A DNA stretch of 61,240 nt, counting the filler, from Sphacelaria rigidula (taxonomy: Eukaryota): assembly GCA_964200075.2 (NCBI GenBank). It is 6 parts of 6 records of this genome, joined end to end, with 100 filler letters (N's around TTAATTAATTAA, not from the genome) between each part and the next. Parts side by side here need not be neighbours in the genome. Positions count along the whole stretch, not along the records: positions 51,119 to 61,240 come from CAXNAA020007090.1; 5 more parts are not named here. One strand, 5' to 3'. The notes under the pieces are model-generated. The model saw only the letters and a list, made by a program, of their open reading frames with translations, had not been told where the DNA came from and searched no databases. The number at the start of each line of letters is the position of its first letter. The first letter of the stretch is position 1. A program made the translations under genes and the position numbers. Below, in pieces: positions 51,969 to 61,240 of the stretch.

Positions 51969-54900
51969 TGTCAACATTCCTGTTCGCATCTTGGGCGGCC
52001 CAGCTTGTGGTGCCGAACAGACTGCCCAACCGTTATAGGCCGTATCGACTGCCAGTCATGAAAACACAACACAACCGTACGAACCAGTACAAGATGTAGG
52101 CAGACATGGAATAGATACAACATATTTCACACATGAATCGACCGCACACGGCAGTCGGCAGTCGGCAGTCGGGAGCGTAAATGGTAACACAGCCGGCGGC
52201 CGCAGCACACGAGCACAAATGTCGGAGACGCCGCAAGCTGCATCGACGTGAAAGCACACAACACGCGTCTGGTGTGCCCACAATCATTTGATTAGTTGAT
52301 GATTGATTGATTGTCGCACTTTAACTGACCCCCAGGGGTCATGATCCAGCCGTGTTTACATGATAGACGTAACCAAGACGAAACAAAACTGAAACACTCG
52401 CTGAAGAAAAAGAAGGACCACAAAAAGTCGAATGGAACGACGCAGCAGACTAAGACGTAGTAGGAAAAAAAAAAAAAAGACGAGAGAAAAAAAAACACAG
52501 ATATAAATGGCCGGTCTACTGTAGAACAATCACAGTATGTTACAACATACGAACAAACGCCAGCTCAAAAGAGTATAAAACGTATCACGTGTCGCATGCC
52601 CAAGTTAGTCACGAACACAAAGTAGAAACGCGATTTCTAAAAAAAACAGAAACCAAATACAGCGGACGGCGCCTGTGGTGGCACAGGTGCAAACAACAAC
52701 GCAAAGCATAGGCAACGCGTCACAGGCACGGTAGCAGGGTGTCTCCGACTTAACCTTGTGTCGCACCTTTTGGGGGAGCTGCACGCTACATTCAAGCGCT
52801 GCGACTCCCTTATTTTCCGCTGGCTGGACTAGTGGATCCAAAATGCCATGATTTCGTGTTCTGCGTTTTACAGTATTTGTTTTTGCTACTGACTCCTGAC
52901 TCTTATTTTTGTTATTTGTCACACGTCGAACGAACCCCTCCCCTTTCTCGGGACGAGTCCGTGGTCTCAGGGGATCAACCCTTCTCTCCCCGGCACACGC
53001 CGTGCATTTTGGTCTCGCGGACTGGGTCATGACTATCAGTACTCCCGCATCGCGTCAACTCACGTCAAACAAACTCAGTCGACTACTTTGTTTGCTCACG
53101 TCATCACGCTTTCCACGGTCGAAATCAGACATTACGAAGAAAAAACCCAACGCATCGGGAAACGAACCGTCGTTCTCTCCACCCTGATGGCGACAATCGG
53201 ACCATTACTCTACATACGTACATACCGCACTTGGTTTCGTATCATATTTTTGTCTCCTAGCCCGAACCGTTGCGGAGCCTTCGAACGGCCCATTTTGATG
53301 CAAGCTTACTCGGAAAGCGCTCAGAGTTTTCGAGACCTGCTCGGTGCCCTATGCGCGGGTGAACCTGCTTTTGGAAACCGCGTCGTCCCAGCTGTGTTCT
53401 ACAAAGTAACAACACCGACGCCTTTTCTAGCGTCTTGAGCGTCCAAACGTGTCAGTTCGAGACGTATGAACTACGCGCCGTCTGCAGCGAGAAACCTTGC
53501 ATGAAATCTTTACAGTAACGAGCTAATGATGAGTTTTAAAAATTGTCGAAGCAGGAATTTATTTTATCCAAGACGAGGACCGGGGGAATGCCACGCCGGG
53601 AGAAATAGAATGCTGATGGAAGTAAAGAGAGGACGCATGCACCGTACCGCACCTCTTGAAAACATCCAACAGTATTCAACCTCCGAGACTCCAGTAAGCA
53701 CTCCTCAAGCACTTCTCAAGCAGTGTAACGCTTCCCGCCTTGACCCCAACCTACGTGTCGGCAAAACCACACAGGCGCAGTCGTACGCATTATTTGCCAC
53801 TACGGAAAATATCTTCGCCTCAATGAGTCTGTGGTCAACATTGGATCCATTGTTCAAACTCCATATCAACAGTTTCCAACTTCGTTCATTTCATCGAAAT
53901 CAAATGCTGCTAGGCACAGGCATGAACACATGGAGGCCTACGACAAAAAACACAGGACGCAGGGTAGAGGTATTGCAAACGGGTAGCACATGGCACCTGT
54001 CAAGATAGACGAAGCTTCCCCTCTCCAGATCCCCATGACTCGCCATTCGAGAAATCTCCGAAAGCTGCCTGTGTCGCTCGGCACTTCTCATACTTCCCGC
54101 CGACCGTGTAAGGGAACGCTTGATACCCGAGGGGGCGATTCGGAACACGTCACATCCGCCTTGCACAATCCACAGCAGGCACGGCAAAAGAATAGTGGAG
54201 ACGCGACATAATGACGGCAGAGGCACATCGTCATTGTCCAGCAGCCAAACTTTCTCAACATTAGGTGGCCTGCACAAGTCAGCTTTGAGTTATCGATGAA
54301 CTCTCCGCGAATCCCAAATGAACCTGCCCACAGTGTTGAGCTATATCAAGACGGCTGCAGCTAGTCGGACACTCTCTACATGTACGCTAGCAAAACCTGA
54401 GGAAATCAACGCGGAGAACGGATAACTGGAGCAGTCAAGAGAGTGAGGGGGGGGAGGGGAGGGGAATTATGAGGGAACCTAAAGAAATGCACGTGAACAG
54501 TGGTTGGTACTACGGAGTTGCCGCCAACCCTGACGCTAACCCTGACCCTGACCCCGACCAAGGCATACCGAGAACCCTCGGGCGAGGGGAGAACAGAGTA
54601 TTTCTGAAGCAAAGTGTGCGTTGCCAGAGCTGAAATCGCCGCCTTCGAGCCGATTTTGGACTAAAACCTGTTTTGGACGAGCTGAGTCTATCGCTCACCA
54701 CTGCACACCTGCCCCAAGTTATGAATTTTCTCAGAACTCTCTTCAGTCTGAAATCAAGTAAAATCGAGTACCAACCATTGTTTTCGTACATTTCCTAAAG
54801 TCTACTGAGAATTGTAGCGCGGAGGGTCAGAAGTGTTTTTAGTAGAAACTTAGATCGGAACTCAACAGTTATAGGGGCGAAATCTTCGAGGAAGGGAAAA

Positions 54901-56054
54901 CTGCATGTCGCGAGCAGCTGCTGGATGTCACATGAGCACATTTTACCTGTCCGCACTTGTACAAGGACTTGCCCGAACCGGGCAATCGCCGCTGAGCAAT
55001 GAGTCGAAAGCATTGTGAGATTTCATGAAGCGCATCAGCTCAATGTTCGGCTCACAATATGTGTGTGTGAGGGGGAGGGGGATCACCCTTTCAGCGCCAT
55101 GCTGTCTACATCTGTGGTAGATAGTTTGCACGACGACTAGACAGGCATGGGTTTGCTTCCGCTCCAAAGGTATACGAACATGCCGTGTGCTGGCAGTCTG
55201 TCAAGAATGGAGGCTCTCACATTTTAGGGGACGTAACAGAATCAAGACTATGTGAAACAGGGTTTGAGATCTTTCCATTCCCGTGAGGAACCGCAAGAAA
55301 ACGGGGGGAGGGGGAGACGATTTCCGCCATCGACGCCGCAATACACTCGCTGCCGGGGAAACAGTGGAGCATGCGAACAGGGAGGTAATCCATCCAATGC
55401 TGTTTTTGTTTTTTTCGTCAAGCATATCACTGCCTTGTTGCGCCTCTCGCGGAAGAGACACTGAAACATGTTCTTCGCGGGAACTTCATTTCGCTTCGTG
55501 AGGAATATGCCAGACAACTGCACACACATGGATACACCTTTCGAGGTTGCTTCCGGCAGCCGGCAGCCTTCACATGAACATGAGTAAATCATAAGATTGC
55601 ATACATGATGCATGCATTTACTACGGCCAAGCAATACAGGAGTACCGCGTGCAACCGCACTGTATTTGCACAGCACGTGACAGACGGCAAATACTTCTTG
55701 TGGAAGGGAATATCACTCGACATGTTTTCTACACAAGGCCCAATGCGGTCAGATCTGTAGCAGAAGCATCGCCGTTTTGCTGGAGAAAAACGGCCACGCT
55801 CAGGTACATCTGAGACCATTTTGGACATTTTCAGGTGCAGCTGCGGAACAGTGTAAACTGTCTCACATGCACACGTCTGATTGGCCGAGAGGGAAATTTT
55901 ATCAACACGACCGAACACGCAACACATGTACCCGAAAATATGCAACTCTCCACATAAGTGCACCTAAAACCTCCAAGAGTACCCGCAAGTGCCTAGAAAT
56001 GGTACCGGAACCCCGCTCGGCAACTGTAAGAACAAATCAGCAAAGAGCCACTTG

Positions 56055-56925
56055 TTCTGTCCCTCTGCCGAAAATATTTCGTACCCCGCGAAGGCGACAA
56101 ATACGGAATTTCGCTTCAGCATTTGAGACGGTGAGCCCCGTAGGTGCAACAAGGCAGCACAATTGGGTCTTCGCCGCCCACGGTTGGTTCTCCACAAACA
56201 CCAAGATCAGCTTCTGACACCGGGTCTTTTGCTCGGCATGTTCCGCTCTCCTCGATTACAAAGGACACTCTTCGGTCTACAGTATTTAATTGTTCCTCTT
56301 CTCCGATCTGACGATTTGATTGAACTCGCATCATGGGTCACGTTCAGTAAAACTCCGAACAGAGCTGCACTGTACCTACCGTCTGTTCGTGCCGTGACCT
56401 GCGAAGTACACCAACGAAGATCAGCAACCAACACACACAAACTCGGCAGGTCACCGCTATCCACAACACTCGCCCACCAGAGCTCATGACTGATGACTGA
56501 TGTCTGTGTGTGAGGTCATGGGTGTTTGCTGATGATCGTCGTAGATGTACTTTGCACGGCACAGCACGACCAGACACTACAGTGCTGGGCTGTCACTAGC
56601 GTAGTACAGTGTAATGCAGCGCAGCGCACTTCTATTCTGGAGCGTCCCTGAACGTGACTAATGTTGCGAGTTCGGTCAGATCAGACGATCGGACGAGAAG
56701 ATAAATGAGACAGCAGAACTTTCTTTGAAATCAAGGGGAAGGGAACATACCAAGCAAAGACCCGGTTATAGAAGCAGCTCTGGACATTCGCGGAGAACCA
56801 AGTCTTGGGGGTGATGAAGCAGTTCTGCCGCTCCCTTGCGTCTTCGAGACTGCCTGTCCCAAGTGCTGAAGCAAAACCCCGTAGGTGTCGCATTTGTGGG
56901 GTACGAACCGTTTGCGGCAAAAGAT
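56055..56925. mobile_element. Old foldback element with ~400-bp diverged arms
   Basis: TTCGTACCCC.C.AA.GCGAC, GCTTCAGCA.TTG.GAC, TTGGTTCTCC, ACCGGGTCTTT and GAACTCGCA.CAT..GTCACGTTCAG all recur as reverse complements in 56500-56925. Confidence 0.7.
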
Positions 56926-57899
56926 GCACAACACCTGAACGTGAGCATCTCCCAGTGCCATGCAAGCCCTTCGGCCGCCACTTCAACCGACGCCGCCTGC
57001 TTTTGCCAATCGGCTATTCAAGAATTCGAACACTTCTAGAAATGCTCGGTCTCTTCATGCTGACAATGACTCAAAAGGAAAAAAAAATCTGAGGCCTTTT
57101 GAGAGAGCAACAGAAAATCGGTCTGGTCGTGGCAAGGTCGGTTAGAGTCCTGCCAGATGCGTCTCGTTTGGCTCTTTTTTTTCTCTCAGAAACACTGATA
57201 CAGTACAGTATCTGATTCCCGCTGTTGAAAACGTGGGGACGTGAGTAGCAAAAAAAAAAAGAGAAAAGAGAGTGGGGACGTGAGTCTGCCTGAACTTGTT
57301 GGACGACAATCGACGCAGTACAGATTATGATCCAACTGATGATACCAGAAAAGAAATTACAAAGGCGTGTACCGGAGGAGGGATGGGTTGATGGCTTGAG
57401 ACCAGGGACTCGTCCCGAGGAAGGGAAAGGGTCAGAAGTCAGACAACAGAAAAAAGGGCCCCCCTTACAGTACAATATTCTTACGCTGTTCCCCAAGCTA
57501 CAGTACCTCATCTACAATAACAGATGACACTCATATCATAGTGAAGCAGGACGACGCGCCCTTTCCTTTTTGTGGTGCAGTCGACGGGCGCAGAATACTC
57601 CTTCTCACTGCGCGATGGCGACTAGTTACACTTGGACCATCATGGCTTGACTACCTTGGCTCCCGCCCACAACATACCGCAAGTGGCATAGGCGGAGCCC
57701 AACAGTGGATCTTCTGCCTCGACAGAGCGAACCTGGTCCAATCCACGTAGATTGACCGACCAACACACGACCAAGCACCAACGAGTAAGTGAATGACGGA
57801 TTATATGAAATCAAGGGAATGTCACTTCGTCGGCGGTAATCTCGTCTTTCCGGGCTACTTCACAGGGATGCCCGAGGTATTTTATAATACAGAGAGGCA

Positions 57900-58900
57900 T
57901 CAAAAGCTGGGCCAGCCGGGAATCAATATTCGGGGGTTGAATACTATTGTGCGGCTTAATTTTAGGAGCTGGGAGTTCAAATTTTGGCACAAGATTTATA
58001 TCATCAATACGCGAAAAGTGACGGAAACTGTCAAGAACCAAAAGAGAGCTCCGGAAGTCGTAGCGATTTGAAATTTCACGATAAAAATATCATAACTGAA
58101 TGGAGGAAAAAACGAATCTGGCAACTTCCGTGAAAAACCCTTAACTTGCATGTCGAGGGCCCTTCGGTTACTTCGGCTTGGAAGTCCTAAAATTGGACCG
58201 TGTAACGATGCCCGAAAGAGGTGGAGTGGCCATTTTGAGAGCAATAATTCGTCGGAATGGTCACTGGATCGCCTACTGACGGACTTCCTCCCGGGCTAGC
58301 CGTATTTCTCAGTTTGGTCGTGACGACAACCATAAATAACATGGGCACAAACAACGTGCTTTTCACTCTGCTCGTGGTTTTCGCCGCCTGCCTGACCCCT
58401 CTCGTCTTCCCAGCATAGCACTGTCTACAGTGCTGTTGTGGAGCACTAAGCAGAGACATCAGCAGCACGCGGTCGGCTATGTTCAGTGGACAGCGATGGT
58501 ATGCTGACTGTTTTTTGCAGTTACATCCAGTGAAGAAATACAGCACACGTCTTGACTCTAATCGACAGCAGGGGCAAAACCGGTCAGGACTTCTCGGCGA
58601 CTCTTTTCTATATAGATACCCAACACTCACACGTTTTCAACAAAAAGCGTACTGTGTGACGAGAAAACAGCTGTTCTGGACTCCAAATGTGGCATTGTCC
58701 ATCTCAGTCCATTTAAGGGGGGTTCGCAGTCTTGAGGTTAAACTGGCTCTAATTCGCTGTTTGTTTGATCTTGGCTAGTCCAACAGGTTTCCGCCTCTTA
58801 ATGACACAAATATTCTGCCAAAATTTCAGCTCCTCACTCCTAAAGCGGGCCGTGCAGAGCTGGTCTAGCCCCATGACTCGTCTGAGGCTGGTTCAGCTCG
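57900..58900. mobile_element. Long-TIR non-autonomous element
   Basis: TTTAGGAGCTGGGAGTTCAAATTTTGGCACAAGATTTATATCATCAA (57961-) mirrors ATGACACAAATATTCTGCCAAAATTTCAGCTCCTCACTCCTAAA (58801-58845). Similarity extends outward and the ends are approximate. Confidence 0.5.
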
Positions 58901-58989
58901 TATCAAATAGAAAAAAAATACTGGGCGGAACACTGGTCAGGGGGGAACACCAAACACTACACATACAATGGGCGATCCTCAAATAGGAC

Positions 58990-59115
58990 CGAGATTTTCA
59001 CCTGGAGAGGTATATGGTGAGGCTAGAAGCGAACTATGAGAATCGCGACATGGGAGGCCTGTACAAACATCTAAAGAGATCAGTGGGTCATGGCGGGAGG
59101 CAAACAGAGGGAGGG
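58990..59115 (+). pseudogene. Non-LTR retrotransposon (LINE, RTE-like) ORF2 linker fragment
   Basis: RDFHLERYMVRLEANYENRDMGGLYKHLKRSVGHGGRQ resembles the endonuclease-RT linker (..D.RG.Y..LK..) of RTE-type LINEs. Confidence 0.5.
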
Positions 59116-61240
59116 AGATAAACAGGTAAATTAGTGAAGGAAGGTTCAAATTGAGGATACCAACGCGGCCGAGGAGAGAAGGAAGGATATGTAAGAACGT
59201 GTATAGTCAAATATGTACCGGACTGAAGATGTCGAAGGTGGCAGGAGTACCCACCATCTCCCCATGTTCTTTTTCTCCCTACTACTTACTACTTCTTGCC
59301 TTTCATGCACTCCTCCCCTAGGGTGGTGTGCTGTCATGTGGTGCTTTTCTTGTTATTCGTGGTGTATTCGTACATGTGACTCTCTCTAGAGGTACAACGA
59401 TATTATCACGCGATTCTTATCGCTATGTTGGATGTTCTTGGTTCCTGAGTTTGGCTCCGTTTCTGTTTGGCCTCGCGTGTTGAGTGGACCATTGGGCCCT
59501 GCCTCCAGTAGCCCGAATGGTCGCCTACGGTAACGGGACTCATGAGGTTCATAGTATTTCTTTTATAGTCGTGTATCCTCTTTGTGTGAATATTTTTGGG
59601 TACGTTTTTTCATTTATTTTTTCATTCGAGTACCTTATTCGGGGTAGTTATCCTGAGACCACGGAAGGCGTCCGCATCAGATCGGAACGGTTTTGATGCA
59701 AAAAAGCAACAACAAACAGAAAAATGAAAATCTAAGGGAACGCACTGAGGTCAAAAATATGTATGACGTCGAACGTAGAAGACGCCAGAGGTCACTTCGG
59801 AAAATATCAGTGTTGGAAGAATATGCCAGGGTCGGCAGTCGGGGACCGCAAAATTCACGAGATGTTCGACTAGCTCTTTTATGGGGATTAATCTGGAATT
59901 GTACAAATCTGAGGATTTCAGCCCGTCTACAGGCGGTTGTCTCCCGTGGATTGATGTTTTGGACCCCAGTCCGTTGGGCAATATTTTCCCGCTAGATGTG
60001 AGAAAAGCGGATCAACTCTTCGATTCTCTGGACATTAACTTTTGGTATGTCACCTTTTCTGCTAAAATCGATACACTCCCGAATATGTGTGCGGGAGGGA
60101 CAGATTTGGGGCGCAGATCTCTTTTTGTGGGGAGTGTCCCCGACTTGAGCAGAAAACGTTCGATTCTGTGTTTGAAAAAGAATCGAGCTTTCGTGCAGAA
60201 GCGGATAAGAATTTTCCCAGATCTGGATTGCGGTTGAAATATATTGAAGCCATTTCGGGACAGATGTGCTGTGACTGTGTGTGTGAGTCAGTTGAGAGTT
60301 TCGGTGTGTAGGAAGTAGCCGAGATACGAGGGCAAGTACAGGCACGACTAAGCGGCAGTAGTCGGGGTGTAGAGTAAGCTCGAGGTGTGTGAGTTACGGG
60401 ACACCGGCGTCGCGACTATCAGCGAGTACTAGCATTTCGAATCGCTGCCGTAGCTCGTGCGTCCCGTGTGTTTTCTGAAGGTTTTCATTTGCCCTCCCAC
60501 CACCCCCTGTACGTGGTGGGGATTGGGTTATGTGCGGCGGCGCATGGCGCCACTGTCGAGGGTTTTTTTCTTGGGAAGTAGGTTTCTTCCTCACAGAGGC
60601 TTTACCGAGGCAGTGTTGAGATTCATTCGTTTCCGAACATGTTTTCTCACCACCCGCCCGATGCTTTCGACGGAGGAAGTGCCGCAGGGGGGGGGTGTTC
60701 GACGGCAGGGTCCAGCAAGAGTGTGATATGTGAAAGTAAGGCCTGCGACCCTGCGGTGGATTATTCGTTTCCCTTTATTCTGTTTTAGCGGACACGGAGG
60801 GGATCGTGAGCACGCGATCGTGAGGGAATTCACCCGATTTTTAGTCGCAGACGCGGCCCCAGCGCTTTACGCGTAGTGGACCGGAGCAGGCGGTGGGTCG
60901 ACAGAATCATGGTACCCCCTTCGTTTGCCGGCACACGTTGTCGCTGGTGTTTCAGTGGGGTAAGTTGCGGGATGCGTGTACTTCTTTTTTTTCTTCTACC
61001 TGGTACACGCCGGTGGGGTTATTGTCGGCAGGACGTTGGCTAGCGGCGTGTGTACACCACAAAATGGGTGCACACCACAAAATGGGTGCACACGCAGGCT
61101 GGTGGGGAGATTTGCGTTGATGTTTGAGGCTGGTGCGATTGCACTCAGTACAATCAATCTCCAGGTGAGAGCTAAAGGTAGGATACGTGAGGAGTCACAC
61201 CGTTCTTGATTGGGCGATTCACGAGGTTTTCCCTACCCCC

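Noticed and set aside
54945..54995. P-loop-like LPGSGKS in a possible minus-strand micro-exon
   Set aside because: The first Gly of Walker A is missing (R-L-P-G-S-G-K-S) and no supporting neighbouring exons were found.
61053..61092. 18-bp tandem duplication (CACCACAAAATGGGTGCA x2)
   Set aside because: Only two units; ordinary slippage duplication.

Overview
Eukaryotic, repeat-rich genomic DNA (~50% GC, long introns, MITEs, SINEs). The repeat landscape suggests a stramenopile, probably a brown alga (inference). The window is not one locus. It is six ~10.12 kb contigs of non-increasing length (10125, 10124, 10124, 10123, 10122, 10122 bp) joined by artificial N44-TTAATTAATTAA-N44 spacers, so nothing across a spacer is linked. 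Three spliced host genes can be rebuilt exon by exon with consistent phases: a tetraspanin-like membrane protein (minus strand, contig 1), an ankyrin-repeat protein with a probable GC-AG intron (plus, contig 2), and a KDM2/KDM7 (JHDM1)-type JmjC histone demethylase (minus, contig 5). All three are partial. Decayed transposons include a pogo/CENP-B-type DDE transposase, a Ty1/copia RT-RNase H with 3' LTR, a DD39D/Stowaway-type mariner N-terminus, a SWIM/MULE-type ORF, a LINE fragment and two tRNA-derived SINEs. The most distinctive signal is a set of non-autonomous foldback elements with mostly different internal sequences that share RAC...GTY termini and 4-bp, non-TTAA target-site duplications. 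One is nested in another, and one splits the copia RNase H, where its removal restores the reading frame. No autonomous partner is visible in the window.
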